The notes: generated from the sequence alone by a model not told the origin. 64,000 nt of DNA from Acidimicrobiaceae bacterium (GCA_003153575.1 PLZW01000038.1:805-64804); one strand, 5' to 3'; positions 43,844-52,827 are shown, counted from the first letter of the stretch. Numbers and translations are program-made.

Positions 43844-44620
43844 TCACCCTGCGTGCGGGAGCAGAGTGGCCGAGTCGGGGTCGAGGAAGACCGTGGCGTG
43901 GGGTGTCCGCTGGAGGATCGAAGCCGGGCACGAGGTGTCGATCGGTCCGAAGAGCGCGGCCCGGACCGGCTCCGCCTTGCGGCCTTCCGGCACGATGGCC
44001 AGGACCCGGGCGGCCCGCAGCAGAGCCGGCACCGTCACGGTCATGGCCAGCTTGGGCACGTCAGCGTCCGTGGCGAAGTGCCCTTCACCGACCTGCTGGG
44101 CCCGGCATGCCGGGTCTAGTTCGATCACCTTGACGTCGAGGGTGTCGTCGAAGTCGGCGACCCCCGGGTCGTTGAACGCGAGGTGGCCGTTCTCACCGAT
44201 GCCGAGACAGCACAGGTCGAGGGGTTGGAGAGCCAGGAGACCGGCGTAGCGGGTGCACTCCTGATCCGGGTCGGCCCGGCCGTCGAGATAGTGGGCGGCC
44301 CTTGGGTGGGCGCGGGCGGTGATCTGCTCGGCGATCCACCGCTGGAAGCTGGCCGGGTGCTCGGGGCCGAGCCCGACGTACTCGTCCATGTGGAAGACCA
44401 CCACGTCGCTCCAGGGCACGCCGGCCGACGGGTCGACCAGGGCATCGACGAAGGCCAGCTGGGAGTTCCCGGTGGCGAACATGGCGTGGGCCACTCCGTT
44501 GCGGAACACCGCGTCCCGGATCACCAGGGCGGCCTCGCGCGCGGCCGCGGCGGCCAACGTGGCGGTGCTGGGCAGGATCCTGACATCGGCGCCGGTCCCG
44601 CCGCTCCCTGCTGTGGCCAC
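43844..44620 (-). CDS. Glucosamine-6-phosphate deaminase / 6-phosphogluconolactonase family protein
   Basis: ORF 43844..44767 trimmed to GTG 44620. Motifs: MDEYVGL, GIGENGHLAFNDP. TACAGT and a 6-nt spacer precede the GTG, so the mRNA may be leaderless. Confidence 0.85.
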   Translation of the reverse strand: MATAGSGGTGADVRILPSTATLAAAAAREAALVIRDAVFRNGVAHAMFATGNSQLAFVDALVDPSAGVPWSDVVVFHMDEYVGLGPEHPASFQRWIAEQITARAHPRAAHYLDGRADPDQECTRYAGLLALQPLDLCCLGIGENGHLAFNDPGVADFDDTLDVKVIELDPACRAQQVGEGHFATDADVPKLAMTVTVPALLRAARVLAIVPEGRKAEPVRAALFGPIDTSCPASILQRTPHATVFLDPDSATLLPHAG

Positions 44621-44768
44621 CGTCGCACTGTAGAGGACACCGGCCGGACCGGCCCTGCCGCTCGGGCCGGTGCGCCGGGCCGGGTGTGGACCTAGAGTGA
44701 CGCCGAATGAGCCTCCGGCCGGGCACGACGGCGTACCGGGATGGTGGGCCCGATGGGGGAGGTGCACC

Positions 44769-45854
44769 GTGAACGGACTGCCCGAGACGATGCCGGCCGC
44801 GGTCTACCGGCGCCCGGGCGTGGTGGAGGTGGAGGAGCGGCCGGTGCCCCGGCCCGGACCGGGCCAGGTCCTGGTGGAGGTCGACCACTGCGGCATCTGC
44901 GGCTCCGACATCCACCTGCTGTTTGAGGGTTGGGCGGGCAAGCCCGGCCTGGTCGCCGGCCACGAGTGGACCGGGACCATCGCCGCCCTCGGCGACGGCG
45001 TCGACACCTGGACGGTCGGCGAGCCCGTCGTGGGTGGGCCGTCGCCCCGCTGCGGGCGCTGTCGCCGCTGTCTGGAGGGCAAGCCCTCCCAGTGTGATCA
45101 ACAGGGCTCGATCATCGACGGCCACGACGGGGCCTTCGCCCGCTACCTGCTGGTGCCATCGAGTTCGCTGCTACGCATGCCGGACGACCTGAGCCCGCGC
45201 CAGGCGGCGCTGGCCGAGCCGTTGGCCGTGGCCCTCCACGGGATCACCCGTTCCGGCGTCGCCCACGGTGACACGGCGATGGTCTTCGGGGCCGGACCCA
45301 TCGGCGCGCTTGCCATCGCCGCCTTGGTGGCCCGGGGCATCGGCCCGGTCACCGTCGTCGAACCGGGCGAGCGCCGCCGCCAGCTGGCACGGGACCTCGG
45401 GGCGGCCGAAGTGCTCGACCCGTCCGAGCTCGAGACGTTCCCGGCCTGGCAGCCCGAGCGTGTCGCCGGGCGGGCCGTGCACGTGGTGCTCGAGTGCTCG
45501 GGCAAGAAGCCGGCCATGGAGGCCGGGTTCCAGCAACTCCGGCGGGGCGGGACCCTGGTCCTGGTCGGGGCCGGCATGGAACAGCCGACCTTCGATCCCA
45601 ACCGGTTCGTCCTCAACGAGCTCTCGGTGGTGGGATCGTTCATCTACGACGATGGCGGATTCGAGGCGGCGCTCGACCTGCTCGCCTCTGACGGATTCCC
45701 GACCGACCTGTTGATCGAGGCGGACGGGGTGCCCCTGGAAGGGATATCCGACGCGTTGGCCGGCCTGGCCAAGGGGGACCTGGCCGGCAAGGTCATGGTC
45801 GTGCCCGGACGGTCGAGCGGTGCTACCGGTGCAGCACCGTCAGGAGGTGTGTGA
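44769..45854 (+). CDS. Zinc-dependent alcohol/polyol dehydrogenase (MDR family)
   Basis: ORF 44670..45854 trimmed to GTG 44769 (GGGGGAGG SD). Motifs: CGICGSDIH, GHEWTG, structural Zn site CGRCRRCLEGKPSQC. Confidence 0.9.
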   Translation: MNGLPETMPAAVYRRPGVVEVEERPVPRPGPGQVLVEVDHCGICGSDIHLLFEGWAGKPGLVAGHEWTGTIAALGDGVDTWTVGEPVVGGPSPRCGRCRRCLEGKPSQCDQQGSIIDGHDGAFARYLLVPSSSLLRMPDDLSPRQAALAEPLAVALHGITRSGVAHGDTAMVFGAGPIGALAIAALVARGIGPVTVVEPGERRRQLARDLGAAEVLDPSELETFPAWQPERVAGRAVHVVLECSGKKPAMEAGFQQLRRGGTLVLVGAGMEQPTFDPNRFVLNELSVVGSFIYDDGGFEAALDLLASDGFPTDLLIEADGVPLEGISDALAGLAKGDLAGKVMVVPGRSSGATGAAPSGGV

Positions 45855-46300
45855 TGGCCCATCCCTACTACCCGTCCGGAGTGCCTCGACTCAACCACGT
45901 GGCCATGAGCCTCGACGCCGGCATGCTCGACGCGTCGCACCGCAAAGAGATCTGCCAGTTCTACAGCGAGGTGTTCGGCTTCGAGGAGCTCGACATGTTG
46001 ACGGAGGATCGGCGACGACTGGTGCTCTCGTGTGTCCACTGGGACCAGTTCCTCTTCCTGATCGCCGACGACCAGGCCATGCGCTGCCCCCGGATGGACC
46101 ATTTCGGTTTCTCGGTGGGATCCCTGCAGGAGCTGACCGACCTCCGTGACCGGGCGGCCGCGTTCGGGGCCCATGACGACCGGGTCGACCTCATCGACTA
46201 CGCCGTCGACGACCAGGCGGTCATAAAGATCCACTCGTTCTACGTGGGGTACCTGTTGCCGATGATGGTCGAAGTGCAGTGGTGGGAGTTCACATCGTGA
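45854..46300 (+). CDS. VOC family protein
   Basis: 148 aa from ATG 45854 (TGATG junction). Motifs: LNHVAMSL, DHFGFSVGS. Confidence 0.7.
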   Translation: MAHPYYPSGVPRLNHVAMSLDAGMLDASHRKEICQFYSEVFGFEELDMLTEDRRRLVLSCVHWDQFLFLIADDQAMRCPRMDHFGFSVGSLQELTDLRDRAAAFGAHDDRVDLIDYAVDDQAVIKIHSFYVGYLLPMMVEVQWWEFTS

Positions 46301-47277
46301 CCGGTGACCTGCAGATCGGGGTCTTCGTCCCCCAAGGCTGGAAGACCGAGTACACCGGGTGGTCCGGGCCCGACGCCTGGGACCGTTCGGTGGAGCTGGC
46401 CGTGCTGGCCGAGTCGCTCGGCTACGACCACCTGTGGGTGTACGACCACGTCGAGACGGTGCCGGAGCGTCGGCCGACCCACGTGTTCGAGGCCTTCACC
46501 ATGCTGGCGGCGCTGTCGCAGCGCACCACCCGGGCGGGACTGGGCCAGTTGGTGACGTGTGCCTCGTACCGCAACGCCGGGCTGCTGGCCAAGGAGGCCG
46601 CCTGCGTGGACGTCTACTCGGGCGGCAGGCTGATCCTCGGGCTGGGGGCGGGCTGGTTCCACCAGGAGTACCACGCCTATGGCTACGACTACCCGTCGGA
46701 TCGCCACCGACTGACCGTGCTGGACGAGACACTCCAAGTCGTGCGGTCCCTGTGGACCGAGGAGACGACCACGTTCAAGGGCGAGCACCTGGTCTTCGAC
46801 GGGGCGTTCTGCGATCCCAAGCCGATCCAGCAGCCGCCTCCGCTACTGGTGGGTGGGGGAGGGGAGCAGGTCACGCTGCGCATCGCCGCCCGGCAGGCCG
46901 ACCTGACCAACTGGCAGGTCGGGCTCGAGGCCTTCATCCGCAAGTCGGGCCTGCTCGAGCAGTACTGCGAGGAGGCCGGTCGCGAGTTCTCGTCCATCAC
47001 CCGGACCCACGGACCGGACTGCCGGATCTTCGACACCGAGGCCGAGTGCCTGGCCTGGTGCGAAGCAGAAGGTGGAGGCAACCTGTGGGGTGGCGAGTCC
47101 ACCGACTCCTACCTCGCTGACAACCTGGTGGGGACGGTCGAGCAGGTGGCCGAGAAGTCGCAGGCCTTCGTCGACGCCGGCTGCCGAGGACTCATCCTCT
47201 GGCTGCGGGACTATCCGGCCGACGAGACGCTGCGGCGGTTCATGGGCGAGGTCGTACCGATGCTGCGGGTGCCGTAG
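46297..47277 (+). CDS. LLM class (F420-dependent-type) oxidoreductase
   Basis: GTG 46297 (GTGA overlap, GGGAG SD). Motifs: GYDHLWVYDH, LGLGAGWFHQEY. Confidence 0.88.
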   Translation: MTGDLQIGVFVPQGWKTEYTGWSGPDAWDRSVELAVLAESLGYDHLWVYDHVETVPERRPTHVFEAFTMLAALSQRTTRAGLGQLVTCASYRNAGLLAKEAACVDVYSGGRLILGLGAGWFHQEYHAYGYDYPSDRHRLTVLDETLQVVRSLWTEETTTFKGEHLVFDGAFCDPKPIQQPPPLLVGGGGEQVTLRIAARQADLTNWQVGLEAFIRKSGLLEQYCEEAGREFSSITRTHGPDCRIFDTEAECLAWCEAEGGGNLWGGESTDSYLADNLVGTVEQVAEKSQAFVDAGCRGLILWLRDYPADETLRRFMGEVVPMLRVP

Positions 47278-47327
47278 TCGAGTCGTGGGCTTTGTCGGTA
47301 GGCGAGTGGCGGTCGGGATGATCCCCT

Positions 47328-48272
47328 TCAGCCAGGAATCGATCCTCGATAGGCGGCGATACCTGTGATCGGATCAGCGAGTGCCTTCCCCGCCATCGAA
47401 CCGCCGAACGGAGCAGCTCCGAAAGAGAACACGCCGCCATCGGTGGCCGCCAACCAGTAGCCCTTGCCATCAGGTGATCCGGCAATGCCGACAATCGGGG
47501 CATTCAGCCGCGTGCCACCCATCGACCCCGCATACGTGGCATCACCAAATGAAAAGACTCCACCGTCCGACGCCGCCAGCCAATATCCCTTGCCGTCCGG
47601 CGTGGCGGTGATGCCCACGATCGGAGCATTGAGCGATTTGTCTCCCATCGAACCGGCGAATTCGGCGTCCCCGAAGGCGAACACTCCTCCGTCGGCGCCG
47701 ACCAACCAGTAGCCCATGCCGTCCGGGGTCGCGGCGATCCCGACTACCGGCGCATTGAACCGCAAGGTGGTCGGTCCGCCAGGGAGCGGCTTCACGTCGC
47801 CGCATCCCAAGACGAGACCGAGTTGGGATGCCAGCCAGTAGCCGGCGCCGGAGTTGGACGAGGCCGATCCGGCCCAATTGCTCTCGGGCTGGTAACCCGG
47901 TTGATTGAGGACGGCTCATGCACTCGATGACGGCTGAGGGCCAGCTTGCCCGAAGGGGAAGGCTGGGAGGTCCCAGAGATTGACGAGCCAGTACCCGGAG
48001 CCAGACGGAGTTGGGGCAATGGCCGTACAGAACACACGCTGGTAGTTGTACAGCACGGGCGGAGGGAAGCCGCATGACGAGCCCTGCGCAGCCGAGGGTG
48101 TGCCCGATCCGTAGAACGGTGCATTGAACGCAAAGACTCCGCCGTCACCGCCGACCAGCCAGTAGCCAGGGACCGTCGGCGGCGCCCCGGCCCCCCCTTC
48201 TGTCGGTGCCATCAGGACAGCGGCCAGTAGACCCACCACGACCACCGTCAATGTCCACCGAACCATCCGCAT
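47328..48272 (-). pseudogene. Secreted 42-aa-repeat (GYWL...DGGVF.FGDA) protein interrupted by one in-frame TGA at 47916..47918
   Basis: ORFs 47916..48323 and 47328..47810 share one frame and are separated only by that TGA. ATG 48272 has a GAGGGG SD and a signal peptide (MRMVRWTLTVVVVGLLAAVLMAP). The downstream part has no signal peptide of its own. Confidence 0.6.
47379..47756 (-). repeat. Three tandem 126-nt (42-aa) coding repeats
   Basis: NAPVVGIAATPDGMGYWLVGADGGVFAFGDAEFAGSMGDKSL / NAPIVGITATPDGKGYWLAASDGGVFSFGDATYAGSMGGTRL / NAPIVGIAGSPDGKGYWLAATDGGVFSFGAAPFGGSMAGKAL. Confidence 0.9.
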
Positions 48273-48447
48273 TCCGCACCCCTCAGCCTCAGCCCCTTGG
48301 TGAGGGTACTTCCTGCGAATCATGGCAGGCCATAGCGGCTAGCACCTGGTGTTGCACACCTCACAACCATTGGATGGATTGCGAGTCGGCTGAACGGTGA
48401 CGTCGCCACTACTCAGATGTGATTGCCAGACCGTCCTGTGAACGAAG

Positions 48448-49272
48448 TCATTGCTTCAGGAAGGCCAACAGGTCGGCATTGATCGTCTCCGCCTGCGTTG
48501 TCGGCATGCCGTGCGGGAAGCCGCTGTAGGTGATGAGCGAACCATTCTTGAGCAGGGCTGCCGACAAGGGTCCGGAGTCGGCGTAGGGGACGATCTGATC
48601 GTCGTCACCGTGCATCACCAGCACAGGGATGCCGATCTGCTTCAGGTCCTCGGTGAAGTCCGTCTGCGAGAAGGCGACGATGCCGTCGTAGTGCGCCTTG
48701 GCTCCGCCGATCATTCCCTGGCGCCACCAGTTGCCGATGACGCCCTCAGAGGCTTCGACCCCCGGACGATTGAAGCCGTAGAACGGCCCCTCGGGGAGCT
48801 CCCGGTAGAACGACGACCGCCTCGTGGCCACCTGTAGCTGAAGTCCGTCGAAGACCTCTTTGGGAAGGCCGCCTGGATTCGATTCGGTCTGCACCATGAG
48901 CGGCGGCACCGAGCTGATCATCACGGCCTTCGCCACCCGGCTCTCCCCGTGTCGTGCGAGATAGCGGACCACTTCCCCTCCGCCGGTCGAGTGGCCGACG
49001 TGGACGGCGTCGTGGAGGTCGAGATGAGCTGTCAGGGCCGCCAGGTCGTCGGCGTAGTGGTCCATGTCGTGTCCTTCGCTGGTCTGCGTGGACCGACCGT
49101 GGCCTCGGCGGTCATGTGCGATGACCCGGTAGCCCAGCTGGAGGAAGAAGAGCATCTGGGCATCCCAGTCATCGGAGGAGAGCGGCCAGCCGTGGCTGAA
49201 GACGATGGGCTGCCCACTGCCCCAGTCCTTGTAGAAGATGTCGATGCCGTCGGTGGTGGTGATCGTGCCCAT
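48448..49272 (-). CDS. Alpha/beta hydrolase, non-heme chloroperoxidase / arylesterase-like
   Basis: 274 aa. Motifs: [41 protein letters not shown]. Confidence 0.92.
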   Translation of the reverse strand: MGTITTTDGIDIFYKDWGSGQPIVFSHGWPLSSDDWDAQMLFFLQLGYRVIAHDRRGHGRSTQTSEGHDMDHYADDLAALTAHLDLHDAVHVGHSTGGGEVVRYLARHGESRVAKAVMISSVPPLMVQTESNPGGLPKEVFDGLQLQVATRRSSFYRELPEGPFYGFNRPGVEASEGVIGNWWRQGMIGGAKAHYDGIVAFSQTDFTEDLKQIGIPVLVMHGDDDQIVPYADSGPLSAALLKNGSLITYSGFPHGMPTTQAETINADLLAFLKQ

Positions 49273-49493
49273 GCCGTGATTCCCCTCTGATCAGGAGACC
49301 ATTGCCGGACATCCAGCTTCGATCCAGTGCCTCTGGGTGCCCGTCCTCTGGTCTTCCGGCCCGCCGAGCTCGGGTCTCGGTGGGCCGCTCCGAACCCCTC
49401 ACGGCGAGGATAACGAGATCCCGCGGTCGAGGCTAGGGCGTTCGCCGTGGTGAGGTCCTTGTGGCCGTTCCCGGTTCGGCCTGCCTGGTTCTG

Positions 49494-50084
49494 CTAGCGC
49501 GGTTCGCGGCGCATGAACCAGTTCGGTGTGGAGAGAAGCAGTATCTCCTCGACCACCTCGAAGCCCTGGCTGAGGTAGAACCGGACATTCTGGGGCTTGG
49601 CGGTCTCCAGCCATGCGAGCCGCTGATGTTCGTCGAATTCGCTGCACAGGAGCTTCAGGGTCGCCCCGCCCAGTCCCATGCCCTGGAAGCCGGGTTCGAC
49701 GCCGACGGGTCCGACGTGCCAGTGCGTCTCCTGCAGATCGTGCTCGGCCAGAATCGACCCCATATGGAGGAATCGATCCGCGTCGGTCGCATCGCGGCCA
49801 GGTTCGTCCAGTGCCCTGATCTCCGGTGGCAACAGGGTCGCCACGCAATCACCCGGTGGGGTGGCACCTGCCGTGCCGAGTACGCAGTCGCCGCGCTTGA
49901 CACCAGCCACGATCCCGCCGGCGAGCATGCCGTTGAATGTGGAGTACATCATCTCAAGACGAACGAGGGGATCGTCGGAGACCGCCATGGAGGTCGGGTC
50001 GTCCCGCAGTGCACGTGCCGCCACGCCGACCGCTTGGCGGATCTGGTCCTCGCCTGTCAGCCACAGGACCTCATAGTCACCCAT
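49494..50084 (-). CDS. GNAT family N-acetyltransferase
   Basis: 196 aa, with the acetyl-CoA motif VEPGFQGMGLGGATL. Confidence 0.8.
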   Translation of the reverse strand: MGDYEVLWLTGEDQIRQAVGVAARALRDDPTSMAVSDDPLVRLEMMYSTFNGMLAGGIVAGVKRGDCVLGTAGATPPGDCVATLLPPEIRALDEPGRDATDADRFLHMGSILAEHDLQETHWHVGPVGVEPGFQGMGLGGATLKLLCSEFDEHQRLAWLETAKPQNVRFYLSQGFEVVEEILLLSTPNWFMRREPR

Positions 50085-50123
50085 GGCCTGTTTCTAGCAG
50101 GTCACCCGAGCCTCCCACCTGGG

Positions 50124-50269
50124 CCTGCAGATCCTCACGGCGAACCGATCGGTGCCCTGGTCCATCGACACGTCCAACGACACGTTCCCGTGCGACCGGC
50201 AAACCCGTCGAGTTCGTGCGAACGTATCTGGTCGGATGACCGAATCGCCGACCATCGAGGATCTGCAGG
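50124..50269. repeat. 13-bp perfect inverted repeat (CCTGCAGATCCTC at 50124..50136; GAGGATCTGCAGG at 50257..50269) enclosing 120 bp
   Basis: Read and reverse-complemented by hand. It lies in the 244-bp divergent spacer between the GNAT and SnoaL-like genes. Confidence 0.85.
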
Positions 50270-50328
50270 TCCGACAGTCAGCCGGCATCCGGGGCACGTC
50301 TGCTCCATGCCAGGGAGGCAGGTGACCA

Positions 50329-50706
50329 ATGAGTGACGCATTGATGGATGCGATCGCAGCGCGCATCCAGACCGCCCTCGGTGCCGCCGATCTGACCGAG
50401 TTCACTGACCTGCTGCATCCCGATGTGCGATGGGGACCTCCCGACGACCCCAACCCCGGCTGTACGAATCGCAAGCAGGTCCTCACCTGGTACCGGCGGG
50501 GTCGTGATGCCGGAGTCCGAGCCGAGGTGGTCGAGTGCCACGTGTTCGACTGCCGCATCCTGATCGGAACACGGATCTGGGGCAGAGACGAACATGCGGC
50601 TGAGGGCGTCGAGCGGTGGCAGGTGTTCACGGTGAACGGTGGTCAGATCGTGGACATCACCGGCTATGACGACCGCTCCGAGGCACTGGCCCGAGCGGGC
50701 GGTTAA
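50329..50706 (+). CDS. SnoaL-like / NTF2-fold protein
   Basis: 125 aa with a GGAGG SD. LLHPDVRW...QVFTVNGGQIVDITGY fits the NTF2-like fold. Confidence 0.65.
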   Translation: MSDALMDAIAARIQTALGAADLTEFTDLLHPDVRWGPPDDPNPGCTNRKQVLTWYRRGRDAGVRAEVVECHVFDCRILIGTRIWGRDEHAAEGVERWQVFTVNGGQIVDITGYDDRSEALARAGG

Positions 50707-50732
50707 GGCAACTCCCATGGGCAACCCATTGC

Positions 50733-52412
50733 TCACCCAGTCGTCCCTGGTTCCGCCGCCTCGTCCCGCAGGATCTGTCGCAGTACCTCTTTCTTCACCT
50801 TGCCGGACGGGGTCCTCGGCAACTCGTCGACGAATCGGAGCTGCTCGGGCCATTTCTGGTGGGCCAGACCGGAATCGGCAAGGTGTGATCGGATGGTGGC
50901 CAGGTCCACCGCCGCCCCGCCATCGGCCAGGCGCACGAATGCGCAGGCCTGTTCGCCCAGTCGCTCGTGGGGGGCGGCCACCACCGCCACCTCGGCCACC
51001 CCAAACAGGCCAACAAGCTGCTCCTCGACCTCGACCGCGCTGATGTTCTCCCCACCCCGGATGATCACGTCCTTCTTGCGGTCGGTGATCGACAGGTAGC
51101 CGTCTCCGTCGAGCACACCGATGTCCTCGGTCCGGTACCACCCGGCGTCGTCGAAGTAGGTGTCGGTCAGTTCCTGGTCGGTGTAGCCCATGCAGCAGTC
51201 CGGGCCGCGGGACCAGATCTCGCCGGGATCACCCGGACCGACCTGGTGCCCGTCGTCGTCGAGCAGGCGGATCTCCACCCCTTCGAGGGGCCTGCCGTCG
51301 GTGTAGAGCCGGAACGGCTCGGGGTCGGTGTGGTACGAGCCGGTGATGGAGGGGTGTTCGGTGGACCCGTACATCCGCACGATCGAGATGCCGTTGGCCG
51401 CGGCCCGATCGGCCACCGATGTGGGCACGGTGGCCCCGCCCAGGCCCACGAAGTGCATGAGCTCCAGGTGCTCGTCGGTGCGGTCGGGATGGTCGAGCAG
51501 GCTGGTCAGGAAGTAGGTGGCCCCTGATCCACAGGCGAGTTCGAACTCGGACATCAGCACCAGCAGGCGGGCCGGGTCCCACACGTCGACCAGGTGCACC
51601 GACTTGCCCCGGACCACCGGGATGAGCAGGGCACCGAGCATGCCGATGGCGTGGCCGACCGGGGCACCGGTCAGGGTCTCCCGTCCGGAGGCGGCGTCCA
51701 TGGCCCCCAGCTGGCGGACCTCGGCACCGATGGTCCGATGGGAGTGGATGACCCCCTTTGGGTCGGCGGTGGTACCTGAGGTGTAGGCGATGATGGCGGC
51801 CGTACCGGGGTCGACGGCCACCGGAGCGGCGATCGGCTCACCCTCGGCTTCGAGCGTGTCGAACGCCACGAGTCCCTCGGCCAGGGGTCCGGGTGGCGGG
51901 GCGACCACGGCGACGGTGTGCACGCCGTCGAGTGCGTCGCCCATCCGGACGAGCCCGTCCAGGAAGTCGGCGTGCCCGAACGCGGCCGCCGTGACCAGCA
52001 CCCGTACCCCTGTCCGCCTCAAGATGTAGCCGACCTCCTTCGGACCGTAGAAGTGGACGATGGGCACCACCACGGCGCCGAGGAGGGTCGCCGCGTAGAA
52101 GGTGACTGCCGCCTCGACCCAGTTCGGGAGCTGGAAGGCGACCGGGTCTCCCGGTCCGACCCCCCGTGCACGCAGGGCTCCGGCCAACCCCCGGGCCCGC
52201 ATGTGCACCTCGCCGAAGGTGCCCGACCACGGTCGCACCTCGGAGTGGACGCGGAACGTCTGGCCGGCATGGTCCCGGAGTGCTGCGTCGAGCTGGTCGC
52301 CCAGGGTCCGGTCGTCCCAGAGGCCGCCCTCGAGCCAGCTCCGCTCGAGTTCGGCCGGCACGGTGCGCAGGGCCCACCCCGGACCGCCCGACGGACGGCC
52401 ATCGATCGTCAC
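50733..52412 (-). CDS. AMP-dependent acyl-CoA synthetase/ligase
   Basis: ORF 50733..52781 trimmed to GTG 52412 (GTGA overlap with the ABM gene). Motifs: YTSGTTADPKGV, YGSTE, TEDIG, RKKDVIIRGGENI, SGKVKK. Confidence 0.9.
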   Translation of the reverse strand: MTIDGRPSGGPGWALRTVPAELERSWLEGGLWDDRTLGDQLDAALRDHAGQTFRVHSEVRPWSGTFGEVHMRARGLAGALRARGVGPGDPVAFQLPNWVEAAVTFYAATLLGAVVVPIVHFYGPKEVGYILRRTGVRVLVTAAAFGHADFLDGLVRMGDALDGVHTVAVVAPPPGPLAEGLVAFDTLEAEGEPIAAPVAVDPGTAAIIAYTSGTTADPKGVIHSHRTIGAEVRQLGAMDAASGRETLTGAPVGHAIGMLGALLIPVVRGKSVHLVDVWDPARLLVLMSEFELACGSGATYFLTSLLDHPDRTDEHLELMHFVGLGGATVPTSVADRAAANGISIVRMYGSTEHPSITGSYHTDPEPFRLYTDGRPLEGVEIRLLDDDGHQVGPGDPGEIWSRGPDCCMGYTDQELTDTYFDDAGWYRTEDIGVLDGDGYLSITDRKKDVIIRGGENISAVEVEEQLVGLFGVAEVAVVAAPHERLGEQACAFVRLADGGAAVDLATIRSHLADSGLAHQKWPEQLRFVDELPRTPSGKVKKEVLRQILRDEAAEPGTTG

Positions 52413-52708
52413 AGTGCTCCGTCGACCGGGGTCGCTTCGTATACCGAGACTTCCGTGTATTTCGAACTCACGACCGGCTCGGTCGTCGGCGCGGCCGCCC
52501 GCAGGGCGGCGACGTGGGCCTGGAGGTCGGCCAGCGTCTCCCACCGCTCGAGGAGGCGGACCCGATCGGGGTGGGTGGCATCGGCGGCGAATGAGTAGTC
52601 GATGCACCCGGTCTCGTCCAGGGTGCGCGCGACCTGGTCGCGTCGGCTCTCGAGGTACCGACCGCGGTCGGACTCGGCGACTTCGACGGTGCCCACGACG
52701 ATGATCAT
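52409..52708 (-). CDS. Antibiotic-biosynthesis-monooxygenase (ABM, dimeric alpha/beta barrel) domain protein
   Basis: ORF 52409..52783 trimmed to ATG 52708 (GGGAG SD). The product reads MIIVVGTVEVAESDRGRYLESRRDQVARTLDETGCIDYSFAAD...LLERWE. Confidence 0.75.
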   Translation of the reverse strand: MIIVVGTVEVAESDRGRYLESRRDQVARTLDETGCIDYSFAADATHPDRVRLLERWETLADLQAHVAALRAAAPTTEPVVSSKYTEVSVYEATPVDGAL

Positions 52709-52718
52709 GATGACTCCC

Positions 52719-52739
52719 TGTCTCTGGAATGTCTCTGGA
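52719..52739. repeat. Tandem direct repeat TGTCTCTGGA x2 (11-nt period) next to the ABM gene SD
   Basis: Copies at 52719..52728 and 52730..52739, read directly. On the mRNA strand it reads CCAGAGACA-tt-CCAGAGACA-GGGAG. Confidence 0.8.
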
Positions 52740-52827
52740 GGGCCTTCGGCCGGCGCGCCTCGGAGACCCGTGACCCTGCACACTACGATGGCCGCTGCCG
52801 ACCGGGCCGGGACAAGGGGGAGAGGCG

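Noticed and set aside
47916-47918. Selenocysteine recoding of the in-frame TGA in the repeat-protein gene.
   Set aside because: No SECIS-like hairpin begins within ~10-20 nt downstream; the only small stem, GGCCG-gau-CGGCC, is about 40 nt away. The local context (SSSA-x-AVLNQ) is not a redox motif, and the protein is a secreted structural-type repeat protein.
50085-50328. A GNAT toxin-antitoxin pair with a small antitoxin gene upstream of the GNAT.
   Set aside because: One upstream frame ends in GGCCATGGGTGA overlapping the GNAT start. However, it has no ATG/GTG start, no SD, only moderate third-position GC, and no RHH/DUF1778-like sequence. At 196 aa, the GNAT looks like an ordinary acetyltransferase.
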